Positions 47,193 through 57,469 of a stretch of DNA of 64,000 nt are shown piece by piece. The DNA lies in contig JBGUIX010000014.1 in the NCBI GenBank assembly GCA_045113315.1, positions 3,642-67,641 of the forward strand, written 5' to 3'. The DNA is from Bacilli bacterium. GTDB lineage: Bacteria > Bacillota_I > Bacilli_A > RFN20 > CAG-826. The notes under the pieces were generated by a model, which did not search any database, was not told the origin of the DNA, and worked only from the letters and a program-made list of their open reading frames with translations. Each line of letters opens with the position of its first letter. The first letter of the stretch is position 1. Both the position numbers and the translations under genes were made by a program.

Positions 47193-48539
47193 TTAGCAGA
47201 CACCTTGTGCGAGCATCGCATCATATACTTTTAAGAATCCAGCAATGTTAGCGCCTAAAGCTAAGTTTCTGGGTTGACCGAATTTCACAGCGGTCTCATG
47301 ACATTGTTTGAAGATATTTTTCATAATACCTTTAAGTTTTTCATCAACTTCTTCGAAGGTCCATGATAAGTGCATGGCGTTTTGACTCATCTCTAAGCCA
47401 GAGACAGCCACACCACCTGCGTTAGAGGCTTTACCAGGTGAGAACAAGACTTCGTTTTCATTAAAGAATCTAATAGCCTCTAAATCACATGGCATATTCG
47501 CACCTTCGGCAAGCATATAGCAACCATTCTTTTTAAGTTGTTTGGCGTTTTCTAAATTAATTTCACCTTGTGTCGCACATGGCATAGCGATGTCACATGG
47601 GACATTCCATAAGTCTCTTGAACAATCACTATGTTTAACACCTGGGTGTTTAGCGACATAATCTTTAGTAAATTCACCTTTAGCTTTAGCTAAGGCAATA
47701 ATTTCTTCAGCGTCCAATCCATTTGGATCAGCAACATAACCATTGATATCAGACATGCCAACAACTTTAGCGCCTAATTCAACGACTTTCTTTAAGGCCA
47801 TAGAGCCAACTTTTCCAGAACCGGAAATAATAACTTTCTTGCCTTTGAAGTCTGTCTTGAAATATGTTCTTAGCATTTCTTCAGCGAAGTAACAGAGACC
47901 ATACCCTGTCGCTTCTGGTCTACCTAATGAACCACCATAAGAGAAGTTTTTACCAGTAAAAACACCAGACCATTCATCAACTATTCTCTTATATTGGCCA
48001 AACATATAGCCAATTTCTCTAGCACCAAAACCTAAATCGCCTGCGGGTACGTCAGTGTTAGGTCCGATGTGACGATAGAATTCAGTCATAAATGACTGAC
48101 AGAATCTCATGACTTCACCATCGCTCTTTCCACGAGGATTGAAATCACTACCACCTTTACCGCCTCCCATTGGAAGACCAGTTAAGCTGTTTTTAAAGGT
48201 TTGTTCAAAACCTAAGAATTTAAGAATTGATAAATTAACACTCTTATCAAATCTCATTCCACCTTTATAAGGTCCAATCGCGGAGTTAAATTGGACACGA
48301 TAGCCAGTATTAACTTGGATTTTGCCAGTGTCATCAACCCATGGAACACGGAATTGAATAATTCTTTCTGGCACGACTAATCTTTCTAAGATTGAGTACT
48401 GTTCAATTTTTGGATCTTTTTCAACTAAAAAATCCATAGAATCTAAGAATTCTTCAACAGCAGCTAAAAATTCAGGTTCATTTGAATATCTAGCTTTGAC
48501 ATCACTTAGAAGGTTGTTTAGGTAATTACTTTTGTACAT
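47193..48539 (-). CDS. gdhA: NADP-specific glutamate dehydrogenase
   Basis: GGGKGG motif and Glu/Leu/Phe/Val dehydrogenase fold; start moved to the internal ATG (MYKSNYL) preceded by AGGAGG. Confidence 0.9.
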   Translation of the reverse strand: MYKSNYLNNLLSDVKARYSNEPEFLAAVEEFLDSMDFLVEKDPKIEQYSILERLVVPERIIQFRVPWVDDTGKIQVNTGYRVQFNSAIGPYKGGMRFDKSVNLSILKFLGFEQTFKNSLTGLPMGGGKGGSDFNPRGKSDGEVMRFCQSFMTEFYRHIGPNTDVPAGDLGFGAREIGYMFGQYKRIVDEWSGVFTGKNFSYGGSLGRPEATGYGLCYFAEEMLRTYFKTDFKGKKVIISGSGKVGSMALKKVVELGAKVVGMSDINGYVADPNGLDAEEIIALAKAKGEFTKDYVAKHPGVKHSDCSRDLWNVPCDIAMPCATQGEINLENAKQLKKNGCYMLAEGANMPCDLEAIRFFNENEVLFSPGKASNAGGVAVSGLEMSQNAMHLSWTFEEVDEKLKGIMKNIFKQCHETAVKFGQPRNLALGANIAGFLKVYDAMLAQGVC

Positions 48540-48692
48540 GTTGACCTCCTTCTTCTCTAAGGGAAAGCAAAAAATTTCCCCCATAGAGAAATCACTTTAG
48601 ACAAATATAGTAATAAGCCATAGTTCATTATTAAATTAACATTTAATGGCTATAAATTCAATTATTAACAAAAACAAGTAGATTTAATCTAC

Positions 48693-49211
48693 CTATTTTT
48701 CTTCTTTAACTTCTATTAAATTTTGATCATCAATAACATCTTTTTTCTTTCTGTTATCAATGACTTTTTTAACACCAATTGTGGTCACGGTTGTGGCTAA
48801 ACCTAGACCTGCCGCAACGATCATTGCCCCAGTTAAAACTTGTTCACTTTTTGCTTCTCCATCATAACAATATCTCGCAAAATGCTCGCAGTTATTGGTA
48901 ATGAAATTGTATGGTTTTCCACGAAATAATAGGGAATTTACATAGTTTTTTGCTCTTTTGACCACTTCATCACGAGAAAATTTAGAAGAGAATGGTTCTA
49001 GTATTTCTGGTACATCATTTAAAGCAAATCTATCAAAGGAAGTCTCGATAATTTTTAAATCTTTCTTGTCGTTAGATAAGTCGCCTTGACTAGCGGTAAA
49101 ATGGATAACTCTTGATTCACTAACAGCTATACCAAAATGATAGTAACCCGCTTTTCGTTTTACTCTTAATAAATCACCTTTTTGAGGAACGATCTTTTTA
49201 ACAAATTCCAT
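48693..49211 (-). CDS. LRAT/NlpC-P60-superfamily protein with C-terminal TM anchor
   Basis: 172 aa; H-box (HFGIAV) and NCEHFA Cys motif; hydrophobic segment near the C-terminus. Confidence 0.5.
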   Translation of the reverse strand: MEFVKKIVPQKGDLLRVKRKAGYYHFGIAVSESRVIHFTASQGDLSNDKKDLKIIETSFDRFALNDVPEILEPFSSKFSRDEVVKRAKNYVNSLLFRGKPYNFITNNCEHFARYCYDGEAKSEQVLTGAMIVAAGLGLATTVTTIGVKKVIDNRKKKDVIDDQNLIEVKEEK

Positions 49212-49256
49212 GCGTCTATTTTATAAAAGAAAACTGGATTTCTCCAGTCATCTTTA

Positions 49257-49712
49257 TTAATAGAGTGTATGTTTTAAACTCATGTATTCCCCATAAAGTT
49301 TTAAGCAAGCTTTACGATCGAGTTCAATCACTAATTTTTCTCTTTCTCCAGGTTGTTGCATTTGATAGAACTTAGCATCTCTAAATCCAATTTCTTCTGT
49401 ATCAATTATATTACATCCGTAATATACTTTTTCAATATTTGCCCATAAAATTGCGGACATACACATTGGACATGGTTCACCAGTGGTATATAACTCACAA
49501 CCACTTAAATCAAAAGTTCCTAATTTCTTACAAGCTTTATGAATCGCCATCATTTCACCATGGCATGTTGGATCGTTATTTTTTAAAACTTGGTTATGGC
49601 CTTTACCGATAACTTCGCCATCTTTAACAATGACCGCACCAAAAGGTCCACCATGACCTGCTCTAATACCTTTTCTGGCTTCACTGATTGCCATTCTCAT
49701 ATATTTGTTCAT
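49257..49712 (-). CDS. CDA-fold nucleoside/nucleotide deaminase (TadA/guanine-deaminase-like)
   Basis: 151 aa; HGEMMAI and PCPMC zinc motifs. Confidence 0.75.
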   Translation of the reverse strand: MNKYMRMAISEARKGIRAGHGGPFGAVIVKDGEVIGKGHNQVLKNNDPTCHGEMMAIHKACKKLGTFDLSGCELYTTGEPCPMCMSAILWANIEKVYYGCNIIDTEEIGFRDAKFYQMQQPGEREKLVIELDRKACLKLYGEYMSLKHTLY

Positions 49713-49810
49713 TTGTAATACCTCGTTTTTAATTATACAAAAGTTTTTCCTTTTATATTGATAATTAATTAATTGGCTTATGTGTATAACAATACAAATT
49801 TATTTGTTTA

Positions 49811-49819
49811 TGTTATAAT
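49811..49819 (+). promoter_or_regulatory. Extended -10 promoter element TGtTATAAT upstream of tldD
   Basis: ttgtttaTGtTATAATtcaaagg, ~20 nt upstream of the AGGAGG RBS. Confidence 0.4.
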
Positions 49820-49847
49820 TCAAAGGCAAAAAAGAAGGAGGACAGTT

Positions 49848-51248
49848 ATGGTTAGTAAGAAATTAGCTATTGATGTTCTAAACGCCGCTTTAGAAACTGG
49901 AGCTGATTATGCTGAAATCTTTTATGAGGATTCACGTAGTTATAGCTTAAGTATTGAAAACGGCAAAGTTCAAACATCTTCATCAAATGTTATGAATGGT
50001 GTTGGTTTGAGATTATTAAAAGAAAATCAAACTGTATATGGATATACAAATGATTTAACAAGAAAAGGATTACTCGCTTTAGCGGAGTCATTACGTTCAT
50101 CTTTTAAAGGTAAAAGAATTATCACTGTTACCAAACTCGATATGATTCGCGCTAAAAATAGAAACCCAGTTAAAAATAGTTATGAAAATATCTCTAGAGA
50201 AGAAAAAATTGCCTTAGTTAAAGAAGGTATCGAAGAGATTGAAAAATTAAAAGATCCTAGAATCGTGAGATATATCGGAAGTTTTGCTGATAATCATCGT
50301 TTTGTGGCTGTTTTTAATTCAAAAGGAATATGGTTCAAACGTGATTCTGAATTCGGAAGATTAGCCTATAGCATTATTGCCGCTGATCAAAATGGTTTTG
50401 AAACAGCATTCGAAGGTCCAGGTGCTCAACAAGATATTTCCTACTTCAGATCAGTCGTAAATGTGAGAGAAGTAGCGAAAAAGGCTGCAAAAACCGCCTT
50501 ATTAATGCTAGAAGCGAAAGAATGCCCAAGTGGAAAAATGCCAGTTGTTATCGGTAACGGTTGGGGGGGCGTTTTGTTCCATGAAGCTTGTGGACACCCT
50601 TTAGAAGCTAGCGCTATTTCTAGAGGTTTATCTTGCTTTAATGGTAAAGAAGGCGACTATATTGCTTCTCCACTTGTCAGCGCTGTCGATGATAGCACCA
50701 TCCCACAAGGTTGGGGCTCTATTGATATCGATGATGAAGGTAACTTAGGTACCAAACGTTTATTAATTAAAGATGGTAAATTAGTCAATTACATGATTGA
50801 TGACTTTAACGGTAGAAGAATGAACCGTGAAGGTAATGGTGCTTGCCGTAGACAAAACTATAAATATTGTCCTACATCTCGTATGTCTAACACATACATT
50901 TGTAATGGTAAAAGTACACCGGAAGAAATTATCGCTGCTACAAAATTAGGTTTATATGCGGTTGGTTTCTCAGGCGGAAGTGTTGACCCCACTACCGGCG
51001 AATTTAACTTTGGTTGTTCAGAAGCTTATATCATCCGTGATGGTAAGATCTGTGAACCAGTTAAAGGTGCGACATTAATTGGCCATGGAGATGAAATCTT
51101 AAAACATATCGATATGGTTGGTAATGATTTAGCTTTAGGCCAAGGTATGTGTGGTGCTGCATCTGGTTCAATTAGAACTAATGTTGGTCAACCAACTTTA
51201 AGAATTAGCGAAATCACTGTTGGTGGTCACGGAGGAGAACTTAAATAA
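49848..51248 (+). CDS. tldD: TldD-family metalloprotease
   Basis: HEACGH motif; start set at ATG 49848 behind AGGAGG (the ORF track starts earlier). Confidence 0.85.
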   Translation: MVSKKLAIDVLNAALETGADYAEIFYEDSRSYSLSIENGKVQTSSSNVMNGVGLRLLKENQTVYGYTNDLTRKGLLALAESLRSSFKGKRIITVTKLDMIRAKNRNPVKNSYENISREEKIALVKEGIEEIEKLKDPRIVRYIGSFADNHRFVAVFNSKGIWFKRDSEFGRLAYSIIAADQNGFETAFEGPGAQQDISYFRSVVNVREVAKKAAKTALLMLEAKECPSGKMPVVIGNGWGGVLFHEACGHPLEASAISRGLSCFNGKEGDYIASPLVSAVDDSTIPQGWGSIDIDDEGNLGTKRLLIKDGKLVNYMIDDFNGRRMNREGNGACRRQNYKYCPTSRMSNTYICNGKSTPEEIIAATKLGLYAVGFSGGSVDPTTGEFNFGCSEAYIIRDGKICEPVKGATLIGHGDEILKHIDMVGNDLALGQGMCGAASGSIRTNVGQPTLRISEITVGGHGGELK

Positions 51249-52570
51249 TGAAATACGATAAGTTTTTTGCCCTCGCTAAAGAAGCGGGAATTGAAGAAGC
51301 AGAATTATATATTGGTGAAAGTTATTCATTATCTTTCTCTTTGTTCCATTCTGAAGTTGATAATTATTCCTCTAATAAATCGATGACTATTTTAGCTAGA
51401 GGTATTGTTAACGGTAAATTCGGTACCGCTAGCTGTGACTCTTGGAGTGTTGCTCATGCTAAATTTTTAGTGGATTCAATTGTCGCTAATGCGAAAGTCA
51501 TTGAAAATGAAGACCCTGCTTTTATATTTGAAGGCAGTAAAAAATATAAAAAGATTAATACATTTAATAAAGAATTAGAAAAGATTTCTATCGATGAAAA
51601 AATGAAGAAACTTTTCGAACTTGAAAAAGCCATCAAAGAAGGCGATAAAAGAGTCGTTGAAGTTGGTGGGGTGGAATATAGTGAAGATGCAGAAAGCGTC
51701 ACTATCTTAAATTCCAAAGGATTAAAACTAACACAAAAATCTAACTACTTTGTTTATGTTGGACAAGCTGTTGCTAAAGAAGGAAAACAAACCAAATCAG
51801 GTTACGAATTATTCTTAGATAACGACTTCTCAAAATTTGATGTTAAAAAATTAGCGAAAGAAGTTGTTGATAACACAGTTAGTCAATTAGGTGGGGAAGC
51901 TTGTGAATCTAATACATATAAAGCAATCTTATCACCTGATGTTGTGAAATCTTTCTTAGGCTTTTATATTGGAAACGCTGATGCGGAAGATGTCCAAAAG
52001 AAATCTTCTTTATTCATCGGTAAATTAAATCAAAAAGTGGCTTCTAGAAAGATCACCGTTGAAGATAAACCATTAAAAAGAAACGTCTTCTCACGTTGGT
52101 TTGATGACGAAGGTGTCGCAACCTACAATAAAGCAATCATTAAGAATGGTATTTTAATGACTTATCTCTATAATTTAACTACCGCTAGTAAAGATGGTGT
52201 GGAATCAACTGGTAATGCTTCTAGAGGTGGAAGTAAGATGGGAACATCCACTTTCTATTTAGAACTTAAACCAGGTAAAAAATCTCAAGAAGAATTATTT
52301 AAAGAGGTCCAAGATGGTGTTTATATCACTGAAGTACAAGGATTACATGCAGGACTTAATCCACAATCTGGTAATTTCTCACTTCAATCATCAGGTTTCT
52401 TAATTAAGAATGGTAAAAAAGATAGAGCGTTAGATGTTGTTACTGTTTCTGGTAACTTAATCGATGTCTTCAAAGATGTTTTAGAGGTCGGAAATGACCA
52501 AAGAGTATTCCCAAGTGGAATTGCATGCTCATCTTTATTAATTAAAAAGATTATTGTCTCTGGTAAATAA
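51248..52570 (+). CDS. TldE/PmbA-family protein (TldD partner)
   Basis: 440 aa; PmbA_TldD fold without HExxxH; start overlaps the tldD stop. Confidence 0.8.
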   Translation: MKYDKFFALAKEAGIEEAELYIGESYSLSFSLFHSEVDNYSSNKSMTILARGIVNGKFGTASCDSWSVAHAKFLVDSIVANAKVIENEDPAFIFEGSKKYKKINTFNKELEKISIDEKMKKLFELEKAIKEGDKRVVEVGGVEYSEDAESVTILNSKGLKLTQKSNYFVYVGQAVAKEGKQTKSGYELFLDNDFSKFDVKKLAKEVVDNTVSQLGGEACESNTYKAILSPDVVKSFLGFYIGNADAEDVQKKSSLFIGKLNQKVASRKITVEDKPLKRNVFSRWFDDEGVATYNKAIIKNGILMTYLYNLTTASKDGVESTGNASRGGSKMGTSTFYLELKPGKKSQEELFKEVQDGVYITEVQGLHAGLNPQSGNFSLQSSGFLIKNGKKDRALDVVTVSGNLIDVFKDVLEVGNDQRVFPSGIACSSLLIKKIIVSGK

Positions 52571-52572
52571 AC

Positions 52573-53850
52573 ATGAGAAAGATATTTAAAAACATTGTTT
52601 TATTATCAGGATTAATGGCTTTATCAGTTGCAGGCGCCTCTGCTTTAGCTATTAAAAGTCTAAATAATGAAGCTTTTGTGGCGGAAGCCGCTCAACACAA
52701 AGAAGCTTTCGACCCTTATGTTTATACAGGTTCATATTATGCGGATGGCAATATTACAGTTGATGATACTGGTGATTCTTTACGTAGTAAATTGACCAGT
52801 TATATTAACCCTCCAAAAGTTCCTGAATATAGTGGTAAAGGTTCTGGTTCTTTAGCGGAATACTGTCAACAAGCTGATGAAGATCCTACTAATAAATCCA
52901 ACATGATTTATCTATATACTAGAAATTCATTAGCGAAGAATCCTGCTAATTCATGGAATAGAGAACACGTTTGGCCAAAATCATTATCTAATGGTAACTG
53001 GGGCGAAGGACGTGCAGGTGCGGACTTATTGCATTTAAGACCGACATATCCAGCCACCAATAGTACAAGAAGCAATATTCCTTTTGGTAATGTCACAAAT
53101 GGTACCGAAAGAACTTATGAAGGAATGACATATGCTTGGACAGGCGGTGGATACTTTATGCCACTACCATCAGTTAGAGGTGATGTCGCTAGAATTATCA
53201 TGTATGTTTGGACAGCTTATTATGATGAATATGCATCAAGAAGGCCGCAAATCCTCTCTGTTTTCCAAAGTTATGACACTTTAATGCAGTGGCACATTGA
53301 AGATCAACCAGATGAAATGGAAGGCCATAGAAACGATATTGCGCAAGGCACATTCCAGAAGAATAGAAACCCATTTGTCGACCATCCAGATATAGCGTGG
53401 AAGATTTTTGGTAATCAATGCTCGAGCACAATGTTATCAAGAGCAATGTCAACTTACCCTGCTGATTGGAATCAATCTCCAGTCGCTAAAAAGATTTATC
53501 TAAGCGCCAATGAATTAACAGTGAATGTTGGTCAAGTTAGTAAATTACTCGCCAACGTACCTGCTACTTGGTCAATAAGTAAGAAGGCAAACGCCACATT
53601 AGAAGTTTCTAATGATAAAACCGCTATTAATATTACTGGTAAAAGAATCGGAGAAACCACTATTACAGCCAAAGATGAAAATGGTAATACCGCCACTTGT
53701 AAATTAACAGTTATCCCAGGAAGAAATGGCGAAACTGGTGAAGATGAAAATCTTAAGTGGATTATCCCTTTAGCAATTATCGTTGGTGTATTCATAATTG
53801 CGGGTGTAGTAGTTACTATTGTCTTAGTTTCAAAAAGAAAGAAAAAATAA
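52573..53850 (+). CDS. Extracellular Endonuclease-I-family nuclease with C-terminal Ig-like domain and TM anchor (paralog 1)
   Basis: 425 aa; signal peptide; Endonuclease I motifs NREHVWPKS and NRNPFVDHP; Big_3-like segment; C-terminal hydrophobic anchor followed by KRKKK. Confidence 0.8.
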   Translation: MRKIFKNIVLLSGLMALSVAGASALAIKSLNNEAFVAEAAQHKEAFDPYVYTGSYYADGNITVDDTGDSLRSKLTSYINPPKVPEYSGKGSGSLAEYCQQADEDPTNKSNMIYLYTRNSLAKNPANSWNREHVWPKSLSNGNWGEGRAGADLLHLRPTYPATNSTRSNIPFGNVTNGTERTYEGMTYAWTGGGYFMPLPSVRGDVARIIMYVWTAYYDEYASRRPQILSVFQSYDTLMQWHIEDQPDEMEGHRNDIAQGTFQKNRNPFVDHPDIAWKIFGNQCSSTMLSRAMSTYPADWNQSPVAKKIYLSANELTVNVGQVSKLLANVPATWSISKKANATLEVSNDKTAINITGKRIGETTITAKDENGNTATCKLTVIPGRNGETGEDENLKWIIPLAIIVGVFIIAGVVVTIVLVSKRKKK

Positions 53851-53950
53851 TTGTTTGATTCAATCGATATTTTTTAATCAGTGATTATATTTTATATAAT
53901 ATAGGTATACAATAAACTCTCGAGTTTAATAACTTGAAGTTGGTACTTAT

Positions 53951-56900
53951 ATGAATCCTAAAAACAAACACCGTATTATTCTAGCAGCAGGACTTGCTGC
54001 CACAGCTCTTTCTTTATGTGCTTTATCTTCATTACATAAAGAATACAAACAAGTTAAAGCAGTTGATATTAACGACTATACAGAATGTGATAAAAAGCAC
54101 CAGGCTAATAATGCCTCTGGCTTAATGGAAGAATTAGAAAAAATAACCGCACCAGGTTCATCTGGTTCTTATGATGAGTTATGGACCTCTTATGAAAAAG
54201 CTTATAAAAGGGCAGACGGAAAAATATTCGATTATTATTCAAGCATCACAAATTACACCCCTGCAAATCAGTGTGGAGGCTGTGATCATGAAGGTGCCTG
54301 TTATAACAGGGAACACTCGATTCCTAAATCTTGGTGGGGTGGATCAAAAAGTAACCAAGGATCGGATCCTTTTATTGTGGTTCCTACCGATGGTTATGTT
54401 AATAACGCAAGAAGCAACTTCCCGTTTGGTTATGTTGGATCCGTCTCGAAGCCCTTTTCTAATTCGAAACTCGGAACTGTGGCTTCTGGTTGGGGCATTA
54501 GTGGCACAGTATTTGAGCCTGACGATTCTTTAAAAGGTGATTTCGCAAGAATCTACTACTATACAACTGTTAAATATAATGTATCTAGTTGGACTAGTGG
54601 TGATGGATCGAAATGCTATTCCGGAAATGAAAGCACAAATTTCGGATTAACAAATTACTCAGTTAAACTATTTTCTGAATGGAGCGAACTAGATCCTGTT
54701 AGTGAATGGGAAGAGAGTGTTAATGATAAATTAGCTAGTATCCAAGGCAATAGAAATCCGTTTATCGATCATCCTGAGTACGCTAATACACTTTGGGGAA
54801 CGAATTCTAATTACACACAATATACACACGCTTCTTCATCTAATTGGGTGAAGATATCCTCTACATCAGAAAGTATGTCAGTAGGTGGCGTTACAACTCT
54901 TTCAGCAACTTCTAGTGACGGTTCAAATATTTCTTGGTCTAGCTCTAGTCCAACAATTGTTGAAATTGGTGCATCTCCCACAGCAAGCGGAACTCCTATT
55001 ACATTAACCGCTAAAGCGGCTGGTTCTGCTACTATTACAGCTTCCGCAACTATTGATGGAAGCACTTACTCCAAACAATGTTTAGTTGTTGTCACAAAAG
55101 CATTAAAATCATTAACTTATACAGGCACTCCTACTAAGACTACATATAATTCTGGTGATTCTTTTAATCCTAATGGATTAACAGTCACCGCTACATATAC
55201 TGATACGACATCTGAAAATGTCACAAGTCATGTGGTATGGACACCAAATCCATTAACTGCAAATATAACATCCGTCACAGGTACATATGGTGGACTAACT
55301 GTCACCGTTTCAGGATTAACAGTCAATCAAGCAAGTTCGATGTCGATTATTAATACTGATGTGCCTAATGGTAGTTATCCAAAAACACCAACAGATTTTA
55401 CAGCTGCTTCAGGTTTAAAATTTAAAGGCTATTATACCGGTAATTACGAAAGCTCAATTCAATTTAAATCCGGCCAAGGTTATCTCTATAATACCGAGGC
55501 TCTCCCTCTTTCTTCCCTCACAATAAATGTCAAATCAGGCAGTTTTACTGTTTACGGTGGTAAAGCCGAAAACCCATCCACTGTTATAACAGGAACTAAT
55601 AATACGTATAATCTAAACTCATATTCATATTTTAAAGTTGCTAATACAAGTAGCAGTGTTGCTAGAGCCAATTCAATTGAAGTTACCTTAGGAAGTTCTG
55701 AGGTATCTAAACTATCAAGCATCACTCTTAGCGATATACAAGAAGACTATTATGTTGGTGATTCCTTTGTTAAACCAATAGTCACCGCTCACTATGAAGA
55801 TGGCGGAAACGATGTAGTTACTTTAAAAGCCGAGTTCTCTGGCTATAATATGTCTTCAATCGGTGTTCAAACTGTCGAAGTTAGTTACACCGAAGGTGGC
55901 GTAACAGCTGAAGCTGATTTTGATATCGAAGTTAAAGCAAAACCAACTTTATCTTCACTAGAATTAACTGGCGATCCATTAACTACAACTTATTACCATG
56001 GTGATGTATTCTTAAGTGCTGGTTTAACTGTAACTGCTCATTATAGTGATAACACTAGCGATGACGTCACAAAAGATGTTGTCTGGACACCAAACCCATT
56101 AACATATGGCATTACTTCAGTCACAGGTACATATGAAGGTGAAACAGTTGTCGTTAATGGTTTAACTGTTAATAAATTATTACCAGTTTCTTTATCCACT
56201 ACCGGTCAAACCACTTCCTATACAGTGGGAGATTCATTCTCATATGACGGTACATGTAAAGTTACTTATAACAAAGGAACAACTAAAACTGTTACACCAA
56301 CAGTAGATTCTTCTTTAGTCAATATGTCTAAAGCGGGAACTTATAGTGTTTCTCTTTCATATACTGAAAACGAAACAACTGTTTCTACTTCTTATAACAT
56401 TACTGTTAGTGACAAACCATTTGTTAACACAATTAAAGAATGTTATAACAAATCTTCTGGAGCATCAGTAAGCCATGTGTATGGTTTATATGTTGGTTTA
56501 TTTAAGAATAATTCAAAAACCACAAGCACAATGATTATGAATGGCGAATATGGAATTATGCTTTATGGCTCAGTTCCTGATAATGCTTGGGTTGAAAATG
56601 AAACATATATCGATGTCACATCCGGAACTTTAGATATTTATAACAATCTATATCAAATTAAAAGTTGTGCTGTTAGCACTGAAGAGCAAGAAAAAATTAA
56701 ACCTAATGTGGCTCCGGTTAGTGTTTATACAGTAACAGGTGAAGAAAGCTCAGCTGATTTAACTGTGGCTAATAGATTAACTATCTTAAGTGGAACAATT
56801 ACAGTTAATAGTTGGACTGAAGGAAAAGATAGCAACATTACAGTTAATGGAACCACAATATTTATTAAAGGTGTTTCCGCTACTGCAGAATTAAAATCAA

Positions 56901-57424
56901 AATTAGATTCATATGGAACAACCAAACCAGCAACATTCAAATGTTTTACAGGTTTTTATAAGACAAACTTCCAAGTGCAATTTAAAGAATTAATGGAAGA
57001 AGATCCAGGTATTACCGCGGAATCATTCTCTTCTAAATTATTAGAATTAACTAATCCAATCTGTTCTTCTTCTGGAGAAAAAGAATCATCTTTATCTAGT
57101 GTTTGGATTAATTTACAAACTAATTATTGGGCAAAGATGAGTGATTCTCATAAACAGACATTAATTAATTCTGGTAAGAGTGAAACAGGTACTCCTATCG
57201 AAAAAGCGATGGCTAGATACGATAGAATATGTCAAAAATATAAATCCTGTACCAATTTTATTGGTAGACCAGGAGCGGAATACGCAAAAACGAATCTATT
57301 AATTAATATTAACACTAATGCGATGATGATCATTTTAATCTCCATCGGAGTGGCAGGTATTTCTGCATTAAGTTTATATATGTTTCTCACTCACAAGAAG
57401 AAAAAAACATCTAATGTAAAATAA
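53951..57424 (+). CDS. Large surface protein: N-terminal Endonuclease-I domain plus multiple Big_3 Ig-like domains plus C-terminal TM anchor (paralog 2)
   Basis: 1157 aa; NREHSIPKSWWGG and NRNPFIDHPEYA; at least four Big_3-type repeats; C-terminal TM followed by KKKK. Confidence 0.75.
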   Translation: MNPKNKHRIILAAGLAATALSLCALSSLHKEYKQVKAVDINDYTECDKKHQANNASGLMEELEKITAPGSSGSYDELWTSYEKAYKRADGKIFDYYSSITNYTPANQCGGCDHEGACYNREHSIPKSWWGGSKSNQGSDPFIVVPTDGYVNNARSNFPFGYVGSVSKPFSNSKLGTVASGWGISGTVFEPDDSLKGDFARIYYYTTVKYNVSSWTSGDGSKCYSGNESTNFGLTNYSVKLFSEWSELDPVSEWEESVNDKLASIQGNRNPFIDHPEYANTLWGTNSNYTQYTHASSSNWVKISSTSESMSVGGVTTLSATSSDGSNISWSSSSPTIVEIGASPTASGTPITLTAKAAGSATITASATIDGSTYSKQCLVVVTKALKSLTYTGTPTKTTYNSGDSFNPNGLTVTATYTDTTSENVTSHVVWTPNPLTANITSVTGTYGGLTVTVSGLTVNQASSMSIINTDVPNGSYPKTPTDFTAASGLKFKGYYTGNYESSIQFKSGQGYLYNTEALPLSSLTINVKSGSFTVYGGKAENPSTVITGTNNTYNLNSYSYFKVANTSSSVARANSIEVTLGSSEVSKLSSITLSDIQEDYYVGDSFVKPIVTAHYEDGGNDVVTLKAEFSGYNMSSIGVQTVEVSYTEGGVTAEADFDIEVKAKPTLSSLELTGDPLTTTYYHGDVFLSAGLTVTAHYSDNTSDDVTKDVVWTPNPLTYGITSVTGTYEGETVVVNGLTVNKLLPVSLSTTGQTTSYTVGDSFSYDGTCKVTYNKGTTKTVTPTVDSSLVNMSKAGTYSVSLSYTENETTVSTSYNITVSDKPFVNTIKECYNKSSGASVSHVYGLYVGLFKNNSKTTSTMIMNGEYGIMLYGSVPDNAWVENETYIDVTSGTLDIYNNLYQIKSCAVSTEEQEKIKPNVAPVSVYTVTGEESSADLTVANRLTILSGTITVNSWTEGKDSNITVNGTTIFIKGVSATAELKSKLDSYGTTKPATFKCFTGFYKTNFQVQFKELMEEDPGITAESFSSKLLELTNPICSSSGEKESSLSSVWINLQTNYWAKMSDSHKQTLINSGKSETGTPIEKAMARYDRICQKYKSCTNFIGRPGAEYAKTNLLININTNAMMIILISIGVAGISALSLYMFLTHKKKKTSNVK

Positions 57425-57469
57425 CATTAGAAGAAAAAACAAATATTTGATAAATTAAATCTGCACTCA

